DNA from: an uncultured virus (IMG/VR IMGVR_UViG_3300032087_004682)
Taxonomy: Duplodnaviria; Heunggongvirae; Uroviricota; Caudoviricetes
Virus record (IMG/VR): IMGVR_UViG_3300032087_004682
Length of the DNA stretch: 64,000 bases
Reading direction: 5' to 3' (one strand)
The notes below the pieces were generated by a model. That model saw only the letters and a list, made by a program, of their open reading frames with translations. It searched no databases and was not told the origin of the DNA. Position numbers and translations under genes: made by a program. How positions within the stretch are numbered: the first letter of the stretch is position 1; each line of letters begins with the position of its first letter. Shown here piece by piece: positions 38,304 to 48,014 of the stretch.

Positions 38304-39040
38304 CAACAACACACACAACATATGTAAATGGTAAGGCACATTACCCTTACTTCGTTAATCGCCCAAAGGGTGATGTACAAGCTGATGACTTCAAGCCATC
38401 CGATGTATTGTACTGCCGTGGCTTTAGGGTAGAACCTAAGGTTGGGTGCTGTGACAATGGACACAGGACTAAAGAGGAACGGGTAGTAGTATTGTATGAT
38501 GCAGCTACTGATCATGGGTTCTTACCTACTGTTATCAATAGACATGGGTATGAGTATGGAAGATCTATCCCTGCTGAGACACTAGATCAATTGAAGCCTC
38601 TAGTTAAGAAAGGGTATAGGATGTTTGATTGTGGCTATTTCCCACAGGGTGAACGGGCTGGTGACATGGTCTTGTATGGTCTGCCCAGACATCCTGACGG
38701 TTATAGAGGTGACATGCCACACACTTACCTTGAGATGCGGGAGGTCATGGAGGCACACTACCCTGCACTATTGGATGTTCGCCTTGTTGGTAAATTCTTA
38801 GCACTCGGTGGTGACATAAATGACACGGAGCATACCCAACTTGGACTGCCATGCTCACCATTGGTCTACATCCTACCATCATGGAAAACCGGTCCACACA
38901 TTGACATCATGTGGGAGGCAATGAAGTTACTACCCGAGACTACATACGAGGGCATGGTAATCAAACAGGAGCATCGTCCACAAGTGTACACCAATACACA
39001 GAAGGATAACTCATCATGGATCAAGATCAGATGGAGGTAG
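38300..39040 (+). CDS. Minimal ATP-dependent ligase-like nucleotidyltransferase domain
   Basis: VEPK (motif I), NRHG, YEGMVIK (motif IV), WIKIR (motif V); no OB domain; motifs III/IIIa degenerate. Confidence 0.6.
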   Translation: MTTTHTTYVNGKAHYPYFVNRPKGDVQADDFKPSDVLYCRGFRVEPKVGCCDNGHRTKEERVVVLYDAATDHGFLPTVINRHGYEYGRSIPAETLDQLKPLVKKGYRMFDCGYFPQGERAGDMVLYGLPRHPDGYRGDMPHTYLEMREVMEAHYPALLDVRLVGKFLALGGDINDTEHTQLGLPCSPLVYILPSWKTGPHIDIMWEAMKLLPETTYEGMVIKQEHRPQVYTNTQKDNSSWIKIRWR

Positions 39041-39052
39041 TTACACTTTATT

Positions 39053-39334
39053 ATGAGTAACAACACATACATAGAAGAGAAAACACCACCAAAAGGCAGC
39101 ACAGTAGTGCTGGAGTTTGAGTGGAATAACACTAGCGGGGTCGCATACATGCTGAAGTGGCTCAGTCATCAGGTACACAAGGGTACGCTACCAAGTAAGG
39201 TAGATCTGCCTGCTATCTATGACACACCACTAACGCACATCAATGTGTACCCCATTCAAGAACCACCCCTGATTGGCTATGACGAATATGGTCAACCAGA
39301 ACTAATAGAAAGGATTAAGCATGAGCTTAACTAA
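39053..39334 (+). CDS. Hypothetical protein
   Basis: Start codon lies inside a GTTAC-N12-GTAAC box. Confidence 0.5.
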   Translation: MSNNTYIEEKTPPKGSTVVLEFEWNNTSGVAYMLKWLSHQVHKGTLPSKVDLPAIYDTPLTHINVYPIQEPPLIGYDEYGQPELIERIKHELN

Positions 39335-39980
39335 ATTAAAACAAGCCACAACTAAGGTGGAGAAGAGTACGGATACAAAAGTAAATATCCACGAGGTAAA
39401 ACTCGATGACATGCTATCATTGGCACTACACCAGTTCAAGGAGGGCAAAGCCAAAGAGCAACAACTCAAGCCTATTATGGCTATGGGTAGCAGTGGCATG
39501 GGTGAACTCAAGGAGTTCGCTAAGAAGTACATTGAGGATAACTTCCATGGGTCTACCCCACCCGATCGCATCAAGCTGGTAACCAGCGATGGTGCGCAGA
39601 ATGTGGTGCTGTCTATATCTGACAAGCAGTATGGTAAGACCAAAATGGATCGCTACCAAACCCTGGAGAACGCAGAGGAGATCCGTGAGATTGTGGGTGA
39701 CGAGTGGTTCAACTCGCATGTCAACGACAACACACGCGTGACTATCCATATTGCTATGGTCAAAGACCCACAAGCTCGGAGTGAGCTAGAAGATGCACTG
39801 GTCAATATTGTACAGGAGTTTGAGAGTACAGGTAAAATACCAGCTGGCACTCTTCAAGTAGAGGAACGCTATGCCGTTAAACCATCATTCCATCATGACC
39901 GGTTTGAATTGGATCTCGCCCGTCACAATGAACTGTCCAAGGCAATTGGTGGCTGTGGACTAACCGCACCAAGACAATGA
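39321..39980 (+). CDS. Hypothetical protein
   Basis: 219-aa ORF in a coupled operon. Confidence 0.6.
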   Translation: MSLTKLKQATTKVEKSTDTKVNIHEVKLDDMLSLALHQFKEGKAKEQQLKPIMAMGSSGMGELKEFAKKYIEDNFHGSTPPDRIKLVTSDGAQNVVLSISDKQYGKTKMDRYQTLENAEEIREIVGDEWFNSHVNDNTRVTIHIAMVKDPQARSELEDALVNIVQEFESTGKIPAGTLQVEERYAVKPSFHHDRFELDLARHNELSKAIGGCGLTAPRQ

Positions 39981-40315
39981 GTCATATAGATTACGGAGAA
40001 GGTTTATCTGTTGCGTACTATGGTAAAGGTAGCTTCACCATAGATGCAAAGGGTCTAGCCAAAGGTTTGTATGCCATGATTAAGGAGCATCCCGACTCAG
40101 CTTGTATGATGCTGGGTATGTTTCCCGCCAACATCATGGAGGCATTTGATGAAGGCTTGAAGAAAGCCATACCAGATGACTTCTGCACTGGTCGTGGCAC
40201 TGGCCACTATGAAGAGTTCATCGGCGCAGGCAAGGAGCTACGTAGTAAAATACATAGAGATGTATCTGCTGAGATCCTACGCCTAGCCACTGCAGATGGA
40301 GTGTGCGAGGTATGA
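39977..40315 (+). CDS. Hypothetical protein
   Basis: ATGA-coupled ORF. Confidence 0.55.
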   Translation: MSHIDYGEGLSVAYYGKGSFTIDAKGLAKGLYAMIKEHPDSACMMLGMFPANIMEAFDEGLKKAIPDDFCTGRGTGHYEEFIGAGKELRSKIHRDVSAEILRLATADGVCEV

Positions 40316-40501
40316 GCTGGGACGATGAAGATATATGTCCCGAAGTACGGGATGTAGAGTCAGGCGTGTGGGATCAGGCATTCAGCCTAAGCGGATCCAT
40401 GCACGATAAGTATGACGTTTACTGTGCTAACACAGATGAACCCATGTCATTTGATGAATGGCATGAATGGATAACTAACAAAGAATGAAAGGAGTAATAA
40501 C

Positions 40502-40771
40502 ATGATGGTACAAATTGGTAACAATGGTCAATGGGTAAACCCTAAGTATGTTACATCAATCACCCGCTGTGAGTTCAACTCAATGCCTGATGTTAAGTCA
40601 AAAGTATGGGTGGTAGGTAATGCAGGATACGGCACCTATGAGATCTACTCAAGCCTGAGTCCCACTGATGCAGCAGCTAGAATCAATGGTCAAGATTGCA
40701 TGGAGTCATGTTCCCTCAATGAGGGTGTTTGTCCAAACGGAATGGTCTGCGAAGGCTACCACGAAGAATGA
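40502..40771 (+). CDS. Small FlbD-like beta protein (paralog 3)
   Basis: QWVNPKYVTSI...AAARIN; AAGGAG SD upstream. Confidence 0.5.
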   Translation: MMVQIGNNGQWVNPKYVTSITRCEFNSMPDVKSKVWVVGNAGYGTYEIYSSLSPTDAAARINGQDCMESCSLNEGVCPNGMVCEGYHEE

Positions 40772-41457
40772 ACGCTTGGGGATCTTGGGAGCCCACTGGG
40801 CCTCACGAACTCATCGGTAATTCTGCACGGCAGATATATGATGAGGTACAGGCTACACTGGAGTCCATACGGGACAAGGAAGGACGCGCTGGTACGGCGC
40901 GTTTTTTGTTTTGTGGGATGCCAGGTGTAGGTAAGACCACTCTTGCTAATCTACTAGCTGACTGGTGGACGAACAATAAGTGGAATGTCACAACGTACGA
41001 TGGTGTATCGGTATCAATTGATACCGTTGTCCAAATTGAGCGTGACGCTCTAGGTGGATCACTATTCGGGCGCAACCGGGCATTGATAATCAACGAGTGT
41101 GACCTGGTAACACAGGGCGCACAGAACAAGCTTCTTGGTGTACTGGAACGCTTCCCTGCTGGGTATGTGGTATTCGGTACATCCAACCTCAAGCCAGTGT
41201 CACAAGGTGTACTGGATCTGAAGGATGCATCCAAGAAGAAGAAGAGTGAGGAGTGGTTAGTGCCACGCTATGCCTCACGCTTCACACAGAAAGCAGTCAA
41301 ATCTCCTACGATACAAGAGGCTGCTGAACATGTATCACAACTAACAGGAGTACCAGTTGAGGTCTGCAAAAATGCGGCGCAGAAATCAGCTGGAGACATA
41401 AGACAAACGCTCACCCTGATTGGTGAGTATGAGTCCGCATTGGAGACAATAAAATGA
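40768..41457 (+). CDS. AAA+ ATPase, clamp-loader/RFC-like
   Basis: GMPGVGKTT, IINECD Walker B, AQNKLL..LE, ASRF and GDIRQ; ATGA-coupled start at 40768. Confidence 0.8.
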   Translation: MNAWGSWEPTGPHELIGNSARQIYDEVQATLESIRDKEGRAGTARFLFCGMPGVGKTTLANLLADWWTNNKWNVTTYDGVSVSIDTVVQIERDALGGSLFGRNRALIINECDLVTQGAQNKLLGVLERFPAGYVVFGTSNLKPVSQGVLDLKDASKKKKSEEWLVPRYASRFTQKAVKSPTIQEAAEHVSQLTGVPVEVCKNAAQKSAGDIRQTLTLIGEYESALETIK

Positions 41458-42203
41458 GTACAGCAACACAGAAAGGTATGGAACTCCTCAAGGAGTTACA
41501 AAACAAGAACGAAACAGTACGAGTGAACTTCGTAGCTGATCTCAAGCAGATCAACTCAAACTTCCATTCGCCTGTTACATTCATCCAGCACAATGACTGG
41601 TTCTACCCATCTGACGGTGGTACACCTATCGTGCCATTACCACAAGCTGGTGACTGGGATGGTGAGTCTGATGAACGTGGCTTGCCGAAGGACGCACAGC
41701 TATCACAACAACTACTGGATGAAGCCAAGAGCAAGGCAATTGACCACTGGTTACAGAAGATACGCAACGGTGACTATGATGAGGTGGACGAGCCTGCAAA
41801 TGCTAACGAGCCTGAGCCTGAAGCTATTGATATGGCAGCACTGGCACGCAAAGCTAAGGAGCAGAAGGAAGCTAAGGAAGCTGGTGAAATCATTGAAGAG
41901 AAGACACCCGAGCCGACGCCCGAGCCTGAACCTGAGCCAATCAAGCCAGCACCAGCACCAAAGCCATCTCTGGGCACACCATCCGAGTGGAGAGGTAGTA
42001 CATCAAGAGTTGAGGTCACTCTGCTGAATGCATTGTCAGACTTCATCGCCAGTACTGACTCACCTCAGGATGACACGCCAAGTGGTGACCTGGGTGACAC
42101 AATCACAAAAGTACATGACCGCCTGGACAAGATGGAAGCCAAGCAGGACATGCTAATTACATTCATGAGGAAGGCACAAGAGAACTTCCCATTCTTAAAG
42201 TAA
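41454..42203 (+). CDS. Hypothetical protein with Pro/Glu linker
   Basis: 249-aa coupled ORF. Confidence 0.55.
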   Translation: MSTATQKGMELLKELQNKNETVRVNFVADLKQINSNFHSPVTFIQHNDWFYPSDGGTPIVPLPQAGDWDGESDERGLPKDAQLSQQLLDEAKSKAIDHWLQKIRNGDYDEVDEPANANEPEPEAIDMAALARKAKEQKEAKEAGEIIEEKTPEPTPEPEPEPIKPAPAPKPSLGTPSEWRGSTSRVEVTLLNALSDFIASTDSPQDDTPSGDLGDTITKVHDRLDKMEAKQDMLITFMRKAQENFPFLK

Positions 42204-42212
42204 GGAGGATAT

Positions 42213-42632
42213 ATGATAAAACTAATAGAAGCCATCGAGGGGTTACGCACACTGCGTGACTCTGCATACATACCTGAAGTGCAAGAAGGATTGATGGAGG
42301 GCGAAGAGGACTGGGATCTGGATCGCCACCCATTTGAGTTCCTTGAGGATACTATCGACATCCTTGAGGACACTATGGGTACCCTACTCCAGTTGTACAA
42401 TGCAGTACAGCTACAGGAGATACGCAACACAGCTAAGCCTAAACCAAAAGGAAAGGTTGGTCGCCCACCCAAGAAGGAGCTACACAAGTCAGAGGCTCAA
42501 CGGGTGGCTGAGTTAAGGGAGGCACAACGCAAGGCAGCCAAAACTGAAGTGCGTGAGGAAGTAACGGATCGTCTAGGTCAGGAGACTGAGGACGATATAT
42601 TCAAGCAAGCGGAGGAACTATTCGGAGCATGA
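42213..42632 (+). CDS. Hypothetical protein with AT-hook-like KVGRPPKK
   Basis: AGGAGG SD; GRP motif. Confidence 0.55.
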   Translation: MIKLIEAIEGLRTLRDSAYIPEVQEGLMEGEEDWDLDRHPFEFLEDTIDILEDTMGTLLQLYNAVQLQEIRNTAKPKPKGKVGRPPKKELHKSEAQRVAELREAQRKAAKTEVREEVTDRLGQETEDDIFKQAEELFGA

Positions 42633-45202
42633 TTAATCAACACCAAGATGTCTGGTTGACTGCCAATGGCAATCTAGCAACCAGCGTAAAGTACATTCCC
42701 GACGGACACACCTCAGAGGAGAGAGCCATGTATGGTAAACTTCGTGAGGTACTGCGCCGTATAGCGGGTTTCACGCCAATGCAGTTGGCAACTATGAAAG
42801 ATGACTATGATCGACTGGAGTTCGTGTACCATGAGCCAGCGGTTATCATGTCAGATGACACACGCAAAGCAATCAAGCAGGCATTAGTGGAGGGGAAGGT
42901 TGTTCCCCCACCATTGATGCCACCAACAGACTATGAGCTTATCGCATACATTGATGATGTGAAAAAGCTCAAGGCTGTTGAGACTGTGACCAATCAATAC
43001 CTATCCATCACCAAGGGTCAGGTGTATGAGTTCTGGCATGATGATCCCAAGTTTGTGGAAAAGTTCGCTAGACGATACAGGGATGGTGACCTACACGACT
43101 GTGAACTCAAGGGCAAGGACAGTGCGTTCAAGTTCCTTGATGACATGGGCACTGAGGTTACATTCCGGCAGCACTACTCAGAAGACGCAAGTGACCATGA
43201 GCTGGATGAGGCATTGATCTGGGATTACTTTGAGAAGCCTCATGTAAAGTGTATAGCTGAGAAGTATCCCGATCAGTATGAGTCCAACATGGAGACACTA
43301 ACCATGATGGAAATGCTGTATGGATCCAACCCTGACAATCCATGGACATTCTATGAGGCTCAGAAAAAGTATATTGCTTCAATGGCTATACCTAAATCTG
43401 CACTCATATCAGCAGAGACTGGATGCGGTAAGTCGCTCATGGCTATTGCTATTACAATGTGCAAGGGTCCTGTCCGCACACTACTGGTTGCACCCAAGGG
43501 TACTGTTAAGGGTGAAGAGGATCAGGAGGCAGCACAATGGCTCAAGGAGTATCAGGTCTTTGATCCAGATGCTAAAGTGTACAAGATATTCAGCCGTAAG
43601 GATTACAAGGCTATCCTTAAGGCGAACAATGGTACATTACCACCCGGTACTTATGTCACCTATGACCATGCGTTCTTCAAGACCAATGCAATTGAGGACA
43701 TACCCAGGTCATGGAAGGACAATCGTCGTGGCATGACGGCTGAGGAGTGCTTCCGTACCGCCATGGAGATACCCAAAGATCAGTATGCCCCACCCATTGG
43801 TTCCTACATCAGTGACGGAGTAAGCTGGGAATGTGACGGTTATGTCGAGGGTCTGGGTCAGACACGCAATGGTATCAAGTGTATTGCACGACCATGCTTG
43901 GCGCAGGAGATCGGACAGCAGTGGCAGATGATGATCTTGGATGAGGCACACCTGATGTCCAATCCTTCATCTATCATCACGCAACGCATACTAAGGATGC
44001 AACCAGAGTACAGGTTTGCGCTTACAGCTACGCCTATACCAAACAAAGTGGAGAACATCTTCCCGCTTATGGGTTGGTTGTGCGTTCCTGGCTGGTACAA
44101 GGGTGATGTACAAAACCCACGCTGGCCATTCAACAACAGCCCGAAGGGTCGATCTGACTTCAATCAGTTGTTTGTGGCTTATGAGTATGACCTGGTTGCG
44201 CGGATGAAGAACAAGTCCTATGCACCCAAGATGTCACCAATCATTGGTCAGACTGGTAGGTTGCTCAAGTTGATGAACCCCACCAAGGGTCACATCTCCA
44301 AGGAGCAATGTAATCCTGACATGGTACCATGTGAGATCATTGAGACACGGGTGCCAATGGGTGAAGAGCAAGCTAGGATGTACAGCTTCTTCATGAACAT
44401 TGACAATGTCATGGTGACTAACAATCACATGATGAAGGCTGGTGTGCAACTCAACTACCTACGAGGTGCTTGTGCTGCTCCAACATCTGGCCAGCATGCT
44501 GAGTGGTTGCGTAAGGCAACTGAGGTGACTGACTCTATGGGTAATATCTTACAGGAAGGCTGGGTACCTAAGTCTCAGTTCACTCCTAAGATTGTTGCTA
44601 CACTAGAGACAGCACTGGATTGCATACAGCGTGGCGAGCAAGTCCTTATTGTGTACTGCCGTACTGAGATGGGTAGCGAGTTGGCCAGTAGGTTCCACAA
44701 AGCTGGTATCAGCTACAGTCGTATTGACTCAACGGTCAAGCACCATGCAACTGAGGCATCGCTGTTCAAGCAAGGCAGGACGAATGTTATGCTCATGGGT
44801 ATCAAATGTGCCCAAGCGTACTCATTCAGCAATTGTCGTAACCTGATTATTGCCAGCCTTGAGTGGAGCTATGGTGTATTCAACCAGGCATTGGGTAGAG
44901 TGTATCGACTCAACAGTCCCAAGCCGGTCAAGGTTTATGTCATCCTCATGCAGAACTCCATTGAGGAGGCTATGTATGACAAGCTAGGTAGTAAGGAGGA
45001 CACAGCTAAGATCTGCCTGCATGGTGAGCGTGTACCAAGAAACACAATACCAATGGATGCGAATGAGATATTCGCTGACCATCTGGGTATATTCAACAAT
45101 GGCTCACACAATACGGTGAGCGAGTATCTGTGCGAAGAGATGTGGCCCGACCTTCGTACAAAGTTTGAAGAGGCTATTATGAACAAGGAGGTATTAGTAT
45201 GA
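42629..45202 (+). CDS. SNF2-family (SF2) helicase
   Basis: ETGCGKS, ILDEAH, LTATPIPN and QALGRVYR motifs. Confidence 0.88.
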   Translation: MINQHQDVWLTANGNLATSVKYIPDGHTSEERAMYGKLREVLRRIAGFTPMQLATMKDDYDRLEFVYHEPAVIMSDDTRKAIKQALVEGKVVPPPLMPPTDYELIAYIDDVKKLKAVETVTNQYLSITKGQVYEFWHDDPKFVEKFARRYRDGDLHDCELKGKDSAFKFLDDMGTEVTFRQHYSEDASDHELDEALIWDYFEKPHVKCIAEKYPDQYESNMETLTMMEMLYGSNPDNPWTFYEAQKKYIASMAIPKSALISAETGCGKSLMAIAITMCKGPVRTLLVAPKGTVKGEEDQEAAQWLKEYQVFDPDAKVYKIFSRKDYKAILKANNGTLPPGTYVTYDHAFFKTNAIEDIPRSWKDNRRGMTAEECFRTAMEIPKDQYAPPIGSYISDGVSWECDGYVEGLGQTRNGIKCIARPCLAQEIGQQWQMMILDEAHLMSNPSSIITQRILRMQPEYRFALTATPIPNKVENIFPLMGWLCVPGWYKGDVQNPRWPFNNSPKGRSDFNQLFVAYEYDLVARMKNKSYAPKMSPIIGQTGRLLKLMNPTKGHISKEQCNPDMVPCEIIETRVPMGEEQARMYSFFMNIDNVMVTNNHMMKAGVQLNYLRGACAAPTSGQHAEWLRKATEVTDSMGNILQEGWVPKSQFTPKIVATLETALDCIQRGEQVLIVYCRTEMGSELASRFHKAGISYSRIDSTVKHHATEASLFKQGRTNVMLMGIKCAQAYSFSNCRNLIIASLEWSYGVFNQALGRVYRLNSPKPVKVYVILMQNSIEEAMYDKLGSKEDTAKICLHGERVPRNTIPMDANEIFADHLGIFNNGSHNTVSEYLCEEMWPDLRTKFEEAIMNKEVLV

Positions 45203-45915
45203 GTGACGAAAAAATAATTGAACGGATCAAGAAATTGCTCCGTCTATCTGAGGATCCAACCAACGAGCATGTTGCTGAGGCTGCTGCACAAAAAGCACAG
45301 GAGCTGATTGAGGAACACAACATCAGGAGTGAGATGTTCGCTGACAAGGACAAGCCCACTAGGGAGGACCCAAAGTGGCAAGGGTGCATCGTGCGTAACC
45401 GAAGGATACAAACCTGGATGGTTACATTGTGTGACGGACTATGTGCAGCTAACTACGGCAGACTTGGTATATCATCCGGCAAGGGCATTGAGTTCCTCGG
45501 TGCGGAGAGTGACTACGAGATTGTAGTGGAGTTGTACAACTGGATCGTTAAGCAGTTGCACGCTATGGCTACCAACAAGGGACTGAAGGGCGTGCGTGAG
45601 TACAACAGCTACAAGCTGGGTGCATCAACCACGATCAAACAGCGACTAATCAAAGCCAAAAAGGAAGCTAAAGACAAGCTGGAGCTTGAGGCTATGTGCG
45701 AGGAGTATGAGGCTGGTGGCAAGAAGAACGAGCTTGTCTTGTTCCGTCAAGCTATCATCGCACTAGAAGACTATACCAAGAAAGTTAACGACCGAGCAAA
45801 GCGTGACCTCGGTGGTGCATGGCGTGGTGGCAGTGTATCTAGCGATGCTTCTGCATACGCTAAAGGTGTGGCAGATGGTCAACATGTATCACTAAACGCA
45901 GGAGGGTATAACTAA
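45199..45915 (+). CDS. DUF2786-like protein
   Basis: IERIKKLLRLS..TNEH.AEAAAQKAQELIEEHNI. Confidence 0.75.
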   Translation: MSDEKIIERIKKLLRLSEDPTNEHVAEAAAQKAQELIEEHNIRSEMFADKDKPTREDPKWQGCIVRNRRIQTWMVTLCDGLCAANYGRLGISSGKGIEFLGAESDYEIVVELYNWIVKQLHAMATNKGLKGVREYNSYKLGASTTIKQRLIKAKKEAKDKLELEAMCEEYEAGGKKNELVLFRQAIIALEDYTKKVNDRAKRDLGGAWRGGSVSSDASAYAKGVADGQHVSLNAGGYN

Positions 45916-46265
45916 TGGGCTACTATCTACACAGTGCAATCAACACACGTGAACTCAACGACCGTTTGCGTATCCATGGAAGTGATCCAGAGATTGGTAG
46001 GGTAACTCTGTCCGCAATGGTTATGTCTCTTCAACCAGATAAGTTTTTTGAGCTACTGGACAAAGTTCGTGAGTACGATGACTTCAGTAAGGATGATCCA
46101 TACAATGAACATGACTTCGGCAGCATTGATATAGATGGAGAAACCTATGTCTGGAAAATAGATTACTACGACACCATGTATGACGGTGGCGTGGATCACA
46201 CACAAGTAAACAACTCACATAAGTGCAAGAGACTGATGACAATCATGCACATCGGTGAGTATTAA
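45915..46265 (+). CDS. DUF3768-like protein
   Basis: ELNDRLR...DF..DDPYNEHDFG......WKIDYYD...R.MTIM...EY. Confidence 0.8.
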   Translation: MGYYLHSAINTRELNDRLRIHGSDPEIGRVTLSAMVMSLQPDKFFELLDKVREYDDFSKDDPYNEHDFGSIDIDGETYVWKIDYYDTMYDGGVDHTQVNNSHKCKRLMTIMHIGEY

Positions 46266-46288
46266 GTAACAATAAATAAAAGGTAACA

Positions 46289-46723
46289 ATGATTATATAT
46301 GAAGCAAAAACATCTTACAGGAAGGTCGGAGAGACATTGGGTGACCCTGCCATGGGCGTACCTCAGTGCCTAGAGTACATGAGGGGTGCGTTCCGTGACC
46401 ACCCGCATCAAGAGCAAGTCTGGATTCTTACACTGACTGCAATGAATCACATCATGTCCCGTGAGCGTGTAGCTATCGGCACAGTGAATCGGTGTAATAT
46501 TGATCCAGCAATATGCTTTCGCCCGGTAATTGTACAGGGCGGTGAGGGGTGTGTCGTGGTACACAACCACCCCAACGGACACAACTCCGAGCCAAGCGAG
46601 GCAGATCTTAAAGCAGCCAAGATGCTAAACAAGGCAGCTAAAGCACTAAACATACATCTGTGGGACTTCCTAATCATAGGGGGAAGTGACCACTATTCAT
46701 TCAACGAGAAAGGACTACTATGA
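46289..46723 (+). CDS. RadC-like JAB-domain protein
   Basis: E...HNHPNG...PSEAD...WDFLIIG...YSF.E.GLL. Confidence 0.85.
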   Translation: MIIYEAKTSYRKVGETLGDPAMGVPQCLEYMRGAFRDHPHQEQVWILTLTAMNHIMSRERVAIGTVNRCNIDPAICFRPVIVQGGEGCVVVHNHPNGHNSEPSEADLKAAKMLNKAAKALNIHLWDFLIIGGSDHYSFNEKGLL

Positions 46724-47088
46724 GCATACACTACTACCATGAACTAGAAATTGCACTGGACGGAGAGGTCTACCAGTGCAGTGGTGAACTAGAATACGAA
46801 TACAATCCAGGTGATCGAGGCGATTGGGGCTCTGCTCCTATCTCTGCTCACGCATCTGACATTAAGGTGTTAACACTAGATGAAGTAACAATGGATGCAG
46901 ATAACGAGGATGGGTACATATGGGTCGAGCCATCAAGTGAGCTAGCCGAGAAGCTATGTAAATACATTGTGGATACATACGAAGAGGATGACTCCGAACT
47001 TGTAGATGAGTGGGAGACTGACGCAATGGAACTAGCAGCCTCCAATAGATATGACGAATATGTAGAAAGGATGCACGATGAGTACTGA
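46720..47088 (+). CDS. Highly acidic protein, DNA-mimic candidate
   Basis: Very Asp/Glu-rich with many aromatics; early region. Confidence 0.5.
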   Translation: MSIHYYHELEIALDGEVYQCSGELEYEYNPGDRGDWGSAPISAHASDIKVLTLDEVTMDADNEDGYIWVEPSSELAEKLCKYIVDTYEEDDSELVDEWETDAMELAASNRYDEYVERMHDEY

Positions 47089-47440
47089 CAGGGATAAAAG
47101 CGAACTAGAGGTTCTTGTCCGTGAGTACATTGCTCATTGTACGGATGAGGAGTTAAAGGAACTGGAAGATCATACATTGCGCCAGTGCATTCTGGTATTA
47201 AGGATTCCGGGAGACTACAAGGACGCTGAGCAGCGAGGCATTGAATGGGATACCATGAATGACGAGGCAGACGCTAAAGATCTGCGCAGATATGTGGCTG
47301 ACTACTGGATCAATAAAGTAGGCGTAGTAACCACCTCTCGCATTCTGTTTCGTCAATGCTGGGACAGGTTGTTCAGCACACTTGAATCACAGGGTTATCG
47401 CCCAACACCACATGGACTCACTCATGAGTCTGAACTGTAA
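47078..47440 (+). CDS. Hypothetical protein
   Basis: Overlapping ORF in the operon. Confidence 0.5.
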   Translation: MSTDRDKSELEVLVREYIAHCTDEELKELEDHTLRQCILVLRIPGDYKDAEQRGIEWDTMNDEADAKDLRRYVADYWINKVGVVTTSRILFRQCWDRLFSTLESQGYRPTPHGLTHESEL

Positions 47441-47458
47441 CACGAAAGGAGAAGTAAC

Positions 47459-47737
47459 ATGAAACTAATACAATTCCACATAGATGGGGAGGAGTACTTC
47501 ATTAACCCCGACAAAATCAAGCATATGCGAACCAAGTGTACTGGGTTTCATAATCAGATAAAATGTACGCTAATCACATTCATAGACTCAGAGGAAATCA
47601 TCGTCGATGAATCTCTCAAGACAACGTTAGCTCGCATCGGTAACCAAGAACTCAATGTAGGCTATGACTGCTTGGCTGAGATCGAGAAGCTCAAAAGAAG
47701 AATCAGAAACCTTGAGTATCACCCTGCGGTACAATGA
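47459..47737 (+). CDS. Small FlbD-like beta protein (paralog 4)
   Basis: EEYFINPDKIKHM...TLITF....IIVDESL. Confidence 0.55.
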   Translation: MKLIQFHIDGEEYFINPDKIKHMRTKCTGFHNQIKCTLITFIDSEEIIVDESLKTTLARIGNQELNVGYDCLAEIEKLKRRIRNLEYHPAVQ

Positions 47738-47994
47738 AAGACATTAATGAAGTAAAGAAGCGGTGGTGTGCAACGGCTCGTAAGTGGCTGGTTGGCTACA
47801 CCGTAACAAAAGTAGGATACAGCAATGAAGATGACTGGTCTGCCCAGTCACTCTGTCTACAGCTGGAACGAAACGGAAACAAAATACTACTCATCCCCCA
47901 AGCAGATGACGAGGGCAACGAGGGTGGTGCTTTGTATGTAATTAATAAATCAACAGGTAAGGACGAGATCCTGCCTGTCATATGGACAAACTAA
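47734..47994 (+). CDS. Hypothetical protein
   Basis: P..DDEGNEGGAL motif; ATGA-coupled. Confidence 0.55.
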   Translation: MKDINEVKKRWCATARKWLVGYTVTKVGYSNEDDWSAQSLCLQLERNGNKILLIPQADDEGNEGGALYVINKSTGKDEILPVIWTN

Positions 47995-48014
47995 AATAGA
48001 AAGGGAGGTGCATC

